From an archaeon (GTDB taxonomy: Archaea; Iainarchaeota; Iainarchaeia; Iainarchaeales; JAAZKV01), in assembly GCA_036170245.1 (NCBI GenBank), contig JAVHOV010000041.1:1-26876 (forward strand): a DNA stretch of 26,876 nt, read 5' to 3'. The notes under the pieces were generated by a model. That model was given only the letters and a program-made list of their open reading frames with translations, did not search any database and was not told the origin of the DNA. The translations under genes were made by a program, and so were the position numbers. Position 1 is the first letter of the stretch, and each line of letters starts with the position of its first letter. Below, one piece after another: positions 1-9,410 of this stretch.

Positions 1-113
1 ATTGAGGACTGAATTAAATATTCGCTATTTGGAAAAACACGTTTTGCTGCTTCAATTGTAGCACAGAGATTAGAATAATATTTTTTTGATTTATGAAAAT
101 CCAAACTCATCAT
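1..113 (-). CDS. 5' fragment of a hypothetical protein running off the left edge (MMSLDFHKSKKYYSNLCATIEAAKRVFPNSEYLIQSS...)
   Basis: ATG at 113-111 is preceded by a GGTGG RBS (120-116) and a TTTATAT TATA-like box near 151-145. The frame is open for 37 codons to the window edge. Not in the ORF track. Confidence 0.6.
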   Translation of the reverse strand, partial: MMSLDFHKSKKYYSNLCATIEAAKRVFPNSEYLIQSS

Positions 114-180
114 ATCCACCAACTCCATCGTGATTTGGCGGACAATATAAATGTGTAGGACACACATGTGAAAATAATAG

Positions 181-253
181 CGCCCAAGGAAAGACTTGAA
201 CTTTCGACCATCCGGTTAACAGCCGGGTACTCTACCTGCTGAGCTACTTGGGC
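181..253 (-). tRNA. tRNA-Asn (anticodon GTT), intronless, CCA not encoded
   Basis: Reverse complement GCCCAAGTAGCTCAGCAGGTAGAGTACCCGGCTGTTAACCGGATGGTCGAAAGTTCAAGTCTTTCCTTGGGCG folds as a cloverleaf: acceptor GCCCAAG/CTTGGGC, anticodon loop CT-GTT-AA, T arm GAAAG-TTCAAGT-CTTTC, discriminator G. Confidence 0.97.
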
Positions 254-358
254 ATTAATCAACTTACCTTTGTTCAATTAAAAAGGCTCACCGATTAGTT
301 AATTTCAGCCAAAAATAGTTTATAAATTTACTCTTTATGTCCAATAAATGATGGTTGG

Positions 359-1582
359 TTATTGTTTGACTGAAGTGAGTACTTCTTTAGGAGGATTGTT
401 CAATAAATACATTCGAACCTGTTTTTTGAACTGCTCCAAATGCTCACTAGGAAAAGCTGCCCCTGCAGCAGGAATATGACCCCCACCATTACTATCAGAA
501 ATGCCATTTATTCCAGCTTTTGCAAGTTCTGAACAATTAACCTTAAAATCCTGTCTTCTTATTGAACACTTGATTTTGTCAGCAGGCTGTTCATAAATTA
601 TTACTACACTACTAGGAAGTTCTTTTGAAACATCATTGCTTAATTTCCCAGCAAAACGATTATCTGCTTTGAAAAAATAAAGCTGTGAATCAGGATAAAA
701 TTCTGCATCCTGATAAAAAGCTTCCTTTAAAATTTTCAGCCTTGCTAAAAACAAATTTTTGAACACAACATAATCTGATTTCAATAAATCATTTGGATTT
801 TTCGCTTTACAAAGGAACTCGAAAAGAGAATTTATTTTCTCAGGATACTGCGAAGTAATACACCCAACTATTTCATCAAGTTCAATTAATTTTTTTCTTG
901 TAAATTTATATTTCTTTGAAACTGATTCCAAAAAATCATTCCACTGTTCATGAGCAAAATCTCCAATCACCCCAATTGAACAAACCCAATCTTTTCCCTT
1001 AAATAAATCATAAACCATTTTTGAAGCAGGATACCTTGATGGTTCAACACTAGAAAAACTATAAGGCTTTATTACAACCATTCTAAACGGAGCATTTGTA
1101 ATCAAAGAAGATTGGTGATGATCAATAATCAAGCAAGGACCAGCTTTCGGACCAATATCCTGCAAAATATCAGAAATAAAACCTTCATTCAAATCAAGAA
1201 AAACAGTTTTTTCAGGATTGAATTCAAAAAAGTAATCCAAAGGAAAACTAAACCTTTTGGTATAATGATCATAAAAAAAAACCTTTGACTCAACTTTCTT
1301 TGAATCAAAAAATAATTTCATTTGAACAGCAGCGGTCAAACCATCCTGATCATTGTCAGAAACAATTGCTACCCTCTTAAGTGAATCAAGAGAAAGAAAT
1401 TCATTAATCTTTTTTAATGCAGTAACATAAAGAGGCTTATCTACTCCACTTAAAAAAATATTTACCGCTTGGACTTTTGTAACTGCTTTTTTCTTCAAAT
1501 GATTTTTAGAAGAAATTCTTTTCTTAACCATGCTCTTTGAATGAACCTGCTTCTTCTTTGCCACTTTTTTCTTCAAAACCAT
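359..1582 (-). CDS. DHH/DHHA1-family phosphoesterase (RecJ/NrnA-like) with a Lys-rich N-terminal extension
   Basis: Motifs SDNDQDG, FLDL, IIDHH, IGVIGD, SIRR and GGGHIPAAGA. Start moved to ATG 1582, about 25 nt downstream of a TTAAAAAA box. Confidence 0.88.
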   Translation of the reverse strand: MVLKKKVAKKKQVHSKSMVKKRISSKNHLKKKAVTKVQAVNIFLSGVDKPLYVTALKKINEFLSLDSLKRVAIVSDNDQDGLTAAVQMKLFFDSKKVESKVFFYDHYTKRFSFPLDYFFEFNPEKTVFLDLNEGFISDILQDIGPKAGPCLIIDHHQSSLITNAPFRMVVIKPYSFSSVEPSRYPASKMVYDLFKGKDWVCSIGVIGDFAHEQWNDFLESVSKKYKFTRKKLIELDEIVGCITSQYPEKINSLFEFLCKAKNPNDLLKSDYVVFKNLFLARLKILKEAFYQDAEFYPDSQLYFFKADNRFAGKLSNDVSKELPSSVVIIYEQPADKIKCSIRRQDFKVNCSELAKAGINGISDSNGGGHIPAAGAAFPSEHLEQFKKQVRMYLLNNPPKEVLTSVKQ

Positions 1583-1686
1583 GCAACAATTAGACAAGTT
1601 GTTCTTTTTTAACTTTCCTTTTAATCCAAAAGAATTTAAACCACTAAACCGCTTATATTCTATAGTAAAATTAAGGTGGTAAAAAA

Positions 1687-1851
1687 ATGGTTTATGAACA
1701 CATTAATTCAAAAGGAAATAAATACTATTTGCATTCAAGAGGAAAATTATTTTATTTTGCAAAAGACCCTAAAGACGGAATAGATATGCCTAGCGGATAT
1801 ACTGTAATTGAAAACTCAACTACTGGACTCCCAATGATAAAAAAGAAGTAA
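1687..1851 (+). CDS. 54-aa small protein (MVYEHINSKGNKYYLHSRGKLFYFAKDPKDGIDMPSGYTVIENSTTGLPMIKKK)
   Basis: AAGGTGGT RBS just upstream of ATG 1687, stop TAA at 1849-1851, fills the intergenic gap. From recall it resembles small conserved hypothetical proteins of the N-S-K-G-x-x-Y-Y-L-H ... G-Y-x-V-x-E-N-x-x-x-G-L-P type. Below the ORF-track length cutoff. Confidence 0.85.
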   Translation: MVYEHINSKGNKYYLHSRGKLFYFAKDPKDGIDMPSGYTVIENSTTGLPMIKKK

Positions 1852-1882
1852 ATTGAAAATGAATTATAGAAGGGACTAATAT

Positions 1883-2791
1883 ATGGGAATAAAACCGTTG
1901 CCAAGAACTGACAGGGCAAGAAGAGAACACTTCAATCCAGCAATGATTGTGGCTTCAAGACAACACAGAGTCCCATTAGTCCCAATGAGTGAACTAATTT
2001 TCAAAAAAGCTTCAAAAACTTCAGGAATAAACATGAAAATCAGAATTAAGGCAAAAAAAGGACTTAAGAAAATTGAAAGCATGTATGAAGGCAAAAAAAC
2101 TCTTAGAGACATAAGAATATTGCAGGCCCTCTTTTTGGATGACCTTGCAGCAAGAAATGCTGATTTTGCAGTTAACGGACTAGCAAGAGTCGATGCACTT
2201 GAATCCACTGCAAAAAATGAAAAAATACCAAATTATGAAAACTTAACCCTAAAAGAACTGAAAGATAAAGTTTGGGAAAAAATGTTTTCAAAATTTATAT
2301 TAAATTTCAGAAACGCTATACCTCAAGCATCAGATGTGATAAGAACAATCCAATATATTAGAAGATTTACTACATTTCCTTTGGGAGTTCACTTTGAAAG
2401 AAAGAAACATTGGAATTCAATAAGCAAAATAGAAAGTGACCTGCTTAAAGAAAAAGTTAATCCTGAAGAGAATTTGAAAACAGAAGTCAAAAGAGTTCTT
2501 AAAAGAACCAGGAACACACAACCAATGGAACACAAAAAATTGGCAAGACTTAGAGCACTTGACATAATTGTTGCATCTTCAATTTATGCGGATTTATTGC
2601 TGGAAACGGAAGGAAAACCCCTAGTTGATAAAATAGCAAGAGAGCAATTCTGGAATGATGCATACAGTTCAGGAATGGAACAAATATACCCATTAGTTGC
2701 TGATCAAAAAGGACTCATTAGAGCAGTAATAGAATACAACAGAGAAAGCCCAAAAAGCAAAGTTCCTCTTACAAAAAGTTCTCAAGAGTAG
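1883..2791 (+). CDS. hypothetical basic, probably helical protein with an Arg/Pro-rich N-terminus
   Basis: 302-aa ORF with genome-typical codon usage and no recognisable motif. Confidence 0.75.
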   Translation: MGIKPLPRTDRARREHFNPAMIVASRQHRVPLVPMSELIFKKASKTSGINMKIRIKAKKGLKKIESMYEGKKTLRDIRILQALFLDDLAARNADFAVNGLARVDALESTAKNEKIPNYENLTLKELKDKVWEKMFSKFILNFRNAIPQASDVIRTIQYIRRFTTFPLGVHFERKKHWNSISKIESDLLKEKVNPEENLKTEVKRVLKRTRNTQPMEHKKLARLRALDIIVASSIYADLLLETEGKPLVDKIAREQFWNDAYSSGMEQIYPLVADQKGLIRAVIEYNRESPKSKVPLTKSSQE

Positions 2792-2809
2792 TAATTAATT
2801 TTGAAAATT

Positions 2810-3766
2810 TTATTGTCTTTCTTTTGTTCTAAAAACAAACGGCCCAATTGGTTTTAGAGTAGTTCTTGAGAAAGCTTCAACCCTTTGTGCTGTACCAAAT
2901 TCAATATGCGATCCAAATCCACCAACTTCTTCAGCAATCGCACTGCTTCTTTCAGTCTCAGCCATTCTTCCAACAAATTCAGCATCTCTTCTAATATTTT
3001 GAGAAACATGCTTCTTTAACGCATCCATTTTTTTCTCCTGAGTATGTGCAGAATATTTTACAATCTGATTCAATTCAGTCAAAGGATGCTGGTGGTAAGT
3101 AGTTTCAAACCCCCAAAGTTCAATTGGTTTTTGAGTCCTTCTAACTTTACTCTTCAAATATTTCATTGCAACATCATACGAAACTGCATGAGTTGGCTGA
3201 ATATCCAAAATATCAGGCATAATTACTATATCCCATTTTCCAGAGTCAATTATCTGTTTCATTTCCTTTAAATCCTCTTTTGAAATTTTTGACTTATTAT
3301 AATAATCCATTGAATGAACAGTGCTATCTATTCCAAGAACTTTATCAGCCTCTTTCAATTCTTTTAATCTAATTCTTGAACGAATAAAATAATCCATTCC
3401 CCCAGGATTCTTTGAATTTTGAATTATTTTTTTTTGATCACTAGTAAGTTCAACACCACGCCAACCAGGAGTCAAAACATGAACTGCAACTTCCCCGCCA
3501 GCTTTCTTAAATCCCTGAATTGTAGCAAAGCACTTTTCAACAGGTTCATCAGGATGAGGCGCTAAAACCAAAACATTTTTCTTAGGAAGATCCTCAGCAT
3601 TAACAGTACTTATTTTAGGCAATCTTCTCCTGACTAATGCAAATTGAGAAAATAACCCTCTTCTAGCTCCAGCTATTTTTTCTTCAGTAAGATGTTTTGC
3701 AATATCATAATTTGCTTTTTTAATTCTTGGTCTTGCAAGAAGCTTCTTTTGCACTCTTAGGTTCAT
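2810..3766 (-). CDS. PIG-L/LmbE-family N-acetyl deacetylase-like protein with variant motifs
   Basis: VLVLAPHPDE (family HPDD), VHVLTPG, RIRLKE, QPTH (family HxDH) and KKMDALKKHVSQ. Start moved to ATG 3766 because the longer frame overlaps the divergent aminopeptidase gene. Confidence 0.8.
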   Translation of the reverse strand: MNLRVQKKLLARPRIKKANYDIAKHLTEEKIAGARRGLFSQFALVRRRLPKISTVNAEDLPKKNVLVLAPHPDEPVEKCFATIQGFKKAGGEVAVHVLTPGWRGVELTSDQKKIIQNSKNPGGMDYFIRSRIRLKELKEADKVLGIDSTVHSMDYYNKSKISKEDLKEMKQIIDSGKWDIVIMPDILDIQPTHAVSYDVAMKYLKSKVRRTQKPIELWGFETTYHQHPLTELNQIVKYSAHTQEKKMDALKKHVSQNIRRDAEFVGRMAETERSSAIAEEVGGFGSHIEFGTAQRVEAFSRTTLKPIGPFVFRTKERQ

Positions 3767-3866
3767 AATTAAAATAAACGCACCCATCCTTAAAAAAACT
3801 ACCCCTTTAAGAAAAACCATTATATTTAAATCAGTTTGAGCTTCAATTATAGTCATAGGTGGTTTA

Positions 3867-5285
3867 ATGGATAAAGTTGAAGCTAAACAAGAAAAAGATG
3901 AAAGAAGCAAAATTGAAAAAGAATTATTCAGTGAACAAAAATCAGCATGGGAAGTACTTGCTGAAGAAAAGAGATTAGCAAATAGAATGAGCGATGATTA
4001 CAGAGAATTTATTGATAATTACAAAAGCGAAAGAGAAATAGTAACCTACGCTGAAAAAGTTGCTAAAAAAAATGGATTTGTCAATATTAAAGAAGCCACA
4101 AGCTCAACTAAAAAGATTTATGCACTAAACCACGCAAAAAACTTTTTACTGATTGATTTAGGAAACGATAACTTAGCAGGAGGAATGAGAATCCTTGGCT
4201 CACACGTTGATTCATTAAGACTTGATTTCAAAATGAGTCCAATTTACGAATCAACTCCATTTTTGATGATCAACCTTCACTATTATGGAGGAATAAAAAA
4301 ATATCACTGGTTAAATGTTCCTCTATCAATGCACGGAGTAATATTCAATAAAAAAGGAGAAAAAATAGATGTAACAATCGGAGAAAAAGAAGACGAACCG
4401 GTTTTTGTTATAAGTGATTTACTTCCACATTTAGAAGGAGTAGAGGGAAGGGAAAAACTAGTTAAGGATATTATCAAAGGCGAAGACATGGATGCAATAG
4501 GAGCAACAATCCCTATTGAAGACAAAAAAGTAAAAGAAAAGATAAAAGCAACTTTTTTGAAAGCCATGAATGACAAATACAAAATAACTGAAAACGACTT
4601 TGCAAGTGCAGAACTATCACTTTACCCAGCAATTAAATCAAGAGAAGTTGGAATTGATAGAGGAATGATTGGTTCCCCAGCACATGATGACAGAATATGC
4701 TCATACTTAGGATTACAATCTTTCCTTGAAAGCAAATCAACTAAACCAAAACTATTACTTTGGGTTGATAAAGAAGAAATTGGAAGTGTTGGAAATACTT
4801 CAATGGAATCAATGTTCCTTGAAAACACATTAGAAAAAATAATTGCTTTAAGAAAAGAAAAAATAACTGCAAAACAAATTTTAGAGAACTCAAAAGCAAT
4901 TAGCGCAGATGTAACAAGCGGATTTGATCCAAAGTTCGCTGACAAAATGGATATGACAAATGTAAATAAACCAGGATACGGAGTAGCAGTAGAAAAATAC
5001 ACTGGAGCAGGAGGAAAGTCCTACGGAAGCGATGCTAATGCTGAATATATGTCATGGATTAGACAAATGCTTGAAGATGCAAAAATTCCTTGGCAGCATG
5101 GAGAAATAGGAAAAGTAGATCAAGGAGGAGGAGGAACAATTGCGTATTTGCTTGCAAAGTACAACATGAACATAGTTGACATGGGCACACCAGTTCTTGC
5201 AATGCACTCTCCATTTGAATTAGTAAGTAAAATAGATTTGTACGCAACTTACAAAGCATACAAAGCATTCTATGAACGAAAATAA
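3867..5285 (+). CDS. apeA: M18-family aminopeptidase (ApeA-like)
   Basis: Metal-ligand motifs GSHVDS, HDDR, KEEIGS, SADV and LAMHSP; HYYGGIKKYHW; GKVDQGGGGTIA. AGGTGGT RBS. Confidence 0.92.
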   Translation: MDKVEAKQEKDERSKIEKELFSEQKSAWEVLAEEKRLANRMSDDYREFIDNYKSEREIVTYAEKVAKKNGFVNIKEATSSTKKIYALNHAKNFLLIDLGNDNLAGGMRILGSHVDSLRLDFKMSPIYESTPFLMINLHYYGGIKKYHWLNVPLSMHGVIFNKKGEKIDVTIGEKEDEPVFVISDLLPHLEGVEGREKLVKDIIKGEDMDAIGATIPIEDKKVKEKIKATFLKAMNDKYKITENDFASAELSLYPAIKSREVGIDRGMIGSPAHDDRICSYLGLQSFLESKSTKPKLLLWVDKEEIGSVGNTSMESMFLENTLEKIIALRKEKITAKQILENSKAISADVTSGFDPKFADKMDMTNVNKPGYGVAVEKYTGAGGKSYGSDANAEYMSWIRQMLEDAKIPWQHGEIGKVDQGGGGTIAYLLAKYNMNIVDMGTPVLAMHSPFELVSKIDLYATYKAYKAFYERK

Positions 5286-5362
5286 AACTATTTTTGAAAG
5301 TGTGGGGCCAAAAAAGCCTCATGCTCAATTATTTTAAACCAAATCTAACCCTATTTTAGTAC

Positions 5363-6373
5363 ATGGTTTACAGCAAAGTTGATTCAATAGTACTATTTAA
5401 TTTCAAAAACTACTGGATTCATCCGCTAATTAACAAATATTTGGATTCAAAAGATAACAATACTCCAAGCGAAAATTATGAAGGAATACTTGTTTTAAGA
5501 AAAGACAAAAAACCATTATGGCTATCCCACCCATTCAATTACAAACAAGCAAAAAAAACATTCAAAAACGCAGAGGTAAAAGAGTACCGGACAAAAAAAG
5601 AACTTGAAAGAATATTATTAAAAAATTGCGGGAAAAAAATAGGGTTTGATGCAAGACACACTGCAGTATCCACACTAAAATCACTAAGAGCAATGTTAAA
5701 GCACGGAAAAATGATTAATGTTTCAAAATACATTGATAAATCAAGAGAAGTGAAAAAAGATATTGAAATTGAAAAAATAAGAAAAGCTGTTAAAAAAACT
5801 CAGGAAGTTCTCAGCAAAGTAAAAAAAGAACTCAAAGAAGGAATAAGCGAAAAAGATCTTTACTGGAAAATAAAAAATGAATTTGAAAAAGGTGAAATGG
5901 AATTAGGTTTTTGTATAGTTGCTTTTGGAAAAAACACTTCAAACATCCACCATGTTTCAGGAGAAACAAAACTTGCGAAAGAAGATGCAGTAATGATTGA
6001 TACAGGAGCAAAGTACAAAGGGTACTATGCAGATATTACACAAAGTTACTGGTTTGGAAAAAAAGAGCCGATTGAATTTACAAAAATAATAAAAAAAACA
6101 AATGATGCACTTTTAAGAGTGGAAGAAAAATTGCGTGAAGGGACACGTGCAAAAGAGCTTTGGAAAGCATGCGATATTAAAATGCCTCATGCACTTGGGC
6201 ATGGACTTGGAATTGAAGAACATGATCTCCCTGGAGGAATAGGGGATAAATCTAAATGGATATTAAAAAAAGGAATGGTGCTTGCAATTGAACCAGCAAT
6301 ATACACTAAAAAATTTGGAGTGAGAATTGAATTTGATTATTTAATTACTGAAAACGGGTTTGAAAAACTATAA
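5363..6373 (+). CDS. M24B Xaa-Pro peptidase (prolidase/aminopeptidase P family)
   Basis: IDTGAKYKGYYADIT, HALGHGLGIEEHD, IEPAIY and GVRIE motifs. Confidence 0.92.
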   Translation: MVYSKVDSIVLFNFKNYWIHPLINKYLDSKDNNTPSENYEGILVLRKDKKPLWLSHPFNYKQAKKTFKNAEVKEYRTKKELERILLKNCGKKIGFDARHTAVSTLKSLRAMLKHGKMINVSKYIDKSREVKKDIEIEKIRKAVKKTQEVLSKVKKELKEGISEKDLYWKIKNEFEKGEMELGFCIVAFGKNTSNIHHVSGETKLAKEDAVMIDTGAKYKGYYADITQSYWFGKKEPIEFTKIIKKTNDALLRVEEKLREGTRAKELWKACDIKMPHALGHGLGIEEHDLPGGIGDKSKWILKKGMVLAIEPAIYTKKFGVRIEFDYLITENGFEKL

Positions 6374-6389
6374 TTAATTGGTGAACAAA

Positions 6390-7166
6390 ATGTATTTGCA
6401 TGAAGCTCAAGAAAAAATACTTACAAGCATTAAGAACAGGCACTTATGCATTATTGTAGGAGAATTTGAAGTAAAATATTTAGGGAGAGCTTCTTCCACT
6501 TTGCCAATGGGAAAAAGACTTGTAATAATTAAATCTGATTCAAGCGTTTCAATTCACGAGAACAGATTAATCAGACCTACAAATTATATGATGGATGCAA
6601 CTATTTCCTGCGAAAAAGCAAAAAATGAGGAAGGGAAAGATGTTTTAGTTTTAGTTGCAAGAAAATTAAAACCAAAAGAAACTATTACAGTTACTTTTGC
6701 TTCAGTTGATGATATTCACTCTTATGATTTGCCTGAAAGCAATGATTTGAGATTAAGCGGTTCTGAAAGAGAATTAAATGATGCATTAATGGATGATTTG
6801 AGTTTTCTTGAGGCAGGACTTAAACCAATCAACCAACAACAGTACTTCAGAAAAGGAATATGCGATATTGTTGCAGAGGATGCAAAAGGCAGATTAGTTG
6901 TAATTGAACTCAAAAGAAGACAAGCAGATTATGCAAGTGTCACACAGCTAAAAAGATACGCTGAAGAAATAAACAAAATGAAGGGAGTAGAAACCAGAGG
7001 AATACTCCTTGCACCAAGTATTAGAAAAACCGCACTCGCACTGCTAAAATCCTATGGACTTGAATTTTTCAGCTATGATTTTGAAGTAGGCGAACGAAGC
7101 AAAATAAAAGGAATTGGAAAAAGTCAAATGAAACTAAACGAATATGCTACTGATTTAACAAAATAA
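6390..7166 (+). CDS. nucS: mismatch-specific endonuclease NucS/EndoMS
   Basis: YLGRASSTL, IIKSDSSVSIH, PTNY, GSERE, DIVAED, VVIELKR and QLKRY. GGTGA RBS before ATG 6390. Confidence 0.93.
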   Translation: MYLHEAQEKILTSIKNRHLCIIVGEFEVKYLGRASSTLPMGKRLVIIKSDSSVSIHENRLIRPTNYMMDATISCEKAKNEEGKDVLVLVARKLKPKETITVTFASVDDIHSYDLPESNDLRLSGSERELNDALMDDLSFLEAGLKPINQQQYFRKGICDIVAEDAKGRLVVIELKRRQADYASVTQLKRYAEEINKMKGVETRGILLAPSIRKTALALLKSYGLEFFSYDFEVGERSKIKGIGKSQMKLNEYATDLTK

Positions 7167-7232
7167 TAAACCATTACTTGGACAAACCAACATCATTTAA
7201 AATCATCCAACCTATTACTGATTGGTGGTTAG

Positions 7233-8186
7233 TTGGGTAATGGGGTAAAAGAAATAATGTTATTTTCTGGTTCTAGTAACCCTAATTTAGGAAAAGAAAT
7301 TGCAAAGCAACTAAATATACCCAAAGGAAAAATCAATCTAAAGAAATTTGCAAACGGGGAAACCTATGCACAATTTCTGGAAAACATTAGAGGAAAAGAT
7401 GTTTTCTTACTTCAAACAGCAGTTGATCCAATTAATGATTATTTAATGGAACTTTTGATAATGATTGATGCTGCAAAAAGATCTTCAGCAGGAAGAATTA
7501 CTGTTGTAACCCCAAACTTTTTTTATGCCAGGCAAGATAGAAAAGCTGCTTCAAGAGAACCTATTACTGCAAAATTAGTTGCAGATCTAATTACTACTGC
7601 AGGAGCAGACAGAATAATTACAATTGATTTACACTCAGACCAAACCCAAGGATTCTTCAATATCCCACTTGATAATTTACCAACAACAAGCATCATGATG
7701 AAAAAAGCAAAAGAATTAATCCAAGGTGAAGGAGTTGTTGTTGCCCCTGATGCAGGTTCAGCTAAAAGAGCCACAAAAATTGCCTCAAGAATGGACCTTG
7801 AACTTGCAATAATAAACAAAATAAGATTGAAACACAATGAAGCAAAAGCACTAAACATTATTGGAGCTGAAGTAAAAGGAAAAACTTGTTTAATCTTTGA
7901 TGATATGATTGACACGGGAGGAAGTCTTTGCACTGCAATTGACATGCTAAAAGACAATGGCGCAAACAAAGTATATGCATTTATCACACATGGAATACTA
8001 AGCCAGGATGCAGTAAAAAGAGTTGAAAACTCAAAAGTTGATATGTTATACATTTCTGATTCGCTACCATTGAAAACAAAGAGTGAAAAAATCCAAGTAA
8101 TCAGCATTGCAAAGTATATTGCAAGTGCAATTAAATGCATTCATGAAGATGAAAGTGTAACAGTTCTCTTTGATGAACAAGACTAG
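7233..8186 (+). CDS. prs: ribose-phosphate pyrophosphokinase (class I-like)
   Basis: FANGE, YARQDRK, IDLHSDQ, VVAPDAG and DDMIDTGGSL (PRPP loop). TTG start after GGTGG. Confidence 0.95.
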   Translation: MGNGVKEIMLFSGSSNPNLGKEIAKQLNIPKGKINLKKFANGETYAQFLENIRGKDVFLLQTAVDPINDYLMELLIMIDAAKRSSAGRITVVTPNFFYARQDRKAASREPITAKLVADLITTAGADRIITIDLHSDQTQGFFNIPLDNLPTTSIMMKKAKELIQGEGVVVAPDAGSAKRATKIASRMDLELAIINKIRLKHNEAKALNIIGAEVKGKTCLIFDDMIDTGGSLCTAIDMLKDNGANKVYAFITHGILSQDAVKRVENSKVDMLYISDSLPLKTKSEKIQVISIAKYIASAIKCIHEDESVTVLFDEQD

Positions 8187-8205
8187 AGAAATAACTACCT
8201 AATAA

Positions 8206-9315
8206 TTATTCGCAAATCTCTTCAACATCAAGTAGTGCACAAGTGCAATTAGTCTTTAGCATTGAAGAAATGCTCGGCTTTGTTTTCCCATGATCGGAAG
8301 AAATGAACTCTTTAACATAAGTTCCATGGGAAGTTCTTAAAGTTAAAACTAATTCTTTATCAGAAACTTTAACAGCATTAAGAAGAGTAACTTTCTTTTG
8401 GCGCTCTAATTTTGCTCTTCTTTTTTCAACTCTGCTTGGAGTATACTGGGCAACATCAAGTTCTATATTGAGTTTTAAATCATTCAAGTCAAATTTATTT
8501 GAGCATACAACAAATGCAGAATAAATCTTATCATGCATTGTATCCTTTACTTTTGAAACATTTCCCAATTCACAAGGAGCAAGAGAATTAACTGAAAGCT
8601 TCCCGCTATTTTCTAAATTTATTTCATTTTCAACCTGTTTTAAATTCACACTTCTCTTTTTTGGCATTACTAGTTCCGCTACAAAAGGCCTTCCCCTACC
8701 AAGCATTAAAACATCCAAATCTTCTCTTCCAGCTCCATGCATAATCAATAATTTTGATTTAAAATATTTCAAAAAAGTTTTTGAAATTAACTGCTCTACA
8801 CTTTCATCACTAAAGTGACCAGTATTATTACAGTACCAGCAACCCGCCCCTTTACATTTATTGCAGAAATATTCAGTTTGGGCAATTTCCCTTGAGTGCT
8901 TACAATAATTTCCGACAATATACACAGGGCGAATTCTAATCAAAACTAATTTCTTTGAAAAATCAATTAAAAATTCAGCATCAGGATTTGAATTAAACTC
9001 AGCTTTTTTACCTAATTCAGTTTCAATTTTATTTATTAACACAGTTTGAACACCAAACTTTAAGTGACTCTTTTCTGCATCACTCATTTGAACTGGCCAA
9101 GAAACTCCTAATTTAAAAGTTGAGAACTCGATTTCACCCAAAACCTCTTTCACTTTATTAAAAAGAATATCAACTAATTCTGTTTCAAAGAAACCATCAA
9201 AATCAAAACTTGTTGCAAAGTGAAACTCTGCACTCTTTACTTTATCCCTGAATTGAAGTTCATGAAGGAGAGTTTGGTATTTTTCCAAGGACTCTGTTAA
9301 AGTTAATATACTCAT
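8206..9315 (-). CDS. pus10: tRNA pseudouridine(54/55) synthase Pus10
   Basis: GNYCKHSREIAQT, CxxCxGxGCxxC, SVEQLI, catalytic HGAGREDLDV, GRPFVAE, QYTPSRV and GTYVKEFI. Confidence 0.93.
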   Translation of the reverse strand: MSILTLTESLEKYQTLLHELQFRDKVKSAEFHFATSFDFDGFFETELVDILFNKVKEVLGEIEFSTFKLGVSWPVQMSDAEKSHLKFGVQTVLINKIETELGKKAEFNSNPDAEFLIDFSKKLVLIRIRPVYIVGNYCKHSREIAQTEYFCNKCKGAGCWYCNNTGHFSDESVEQLISKTFLKYFKSKLLIMHGAGREDLDVLMLGRGRPFVAELVMPKKRSVNLKQVENEINLENSGKLSVNSLAPCELGNVSKVKDTMHDKIYSAFVVCSNKFDLNDLKLNIELDVAQYTPSRVEKRRAKLERQKKVTLLNAVKVSDKELVLTLRTSHGTYVKEFISSDHGKTKPSISSMLKTNCTCALLDVEEICE

Positions 9316-9360
9316 AAAAAAATACCTTAAAGAAGAACATAAAAAAGTTGGTAAATATTA

Positions 9361-9401
9361 AAAAAATAAAAATAAGGTCCTTTTATTCAAAAAGAACCTT
9401 A
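9361..9401 (-). terminator. hairpin + T-tract terminator of the 124-aa membrane protein gene
   Basis: On the minus strand TAAGGTTCTTTT-TGAAT-AAAAGGACCTTA forms a 12-bp stem with one G:U, followed by TTTTTATTTTTTT. It starts 10 nt after the stop. Confidence 0.65.
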
Positions 9402-9410
9402 CAAAACCAT

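Noticed and set aside
285..310. GGCT...AGCC pairing upstream of tRNA-Asn as a K-turn or second sRNA
   Set aside because: There is no complete box C/D set and only a 4-bp stem, which is compatible with chance.
3767..3910. N-terminal extension of the PIG-L ORF overlapping apeA, and similar long extensions at 25023, 21874, 11477 and 26847
   Set aside because: These run through promoters or neighbouring genes. Downstream ATGs fit RBS/TATA spacing and signal-peptide position better.
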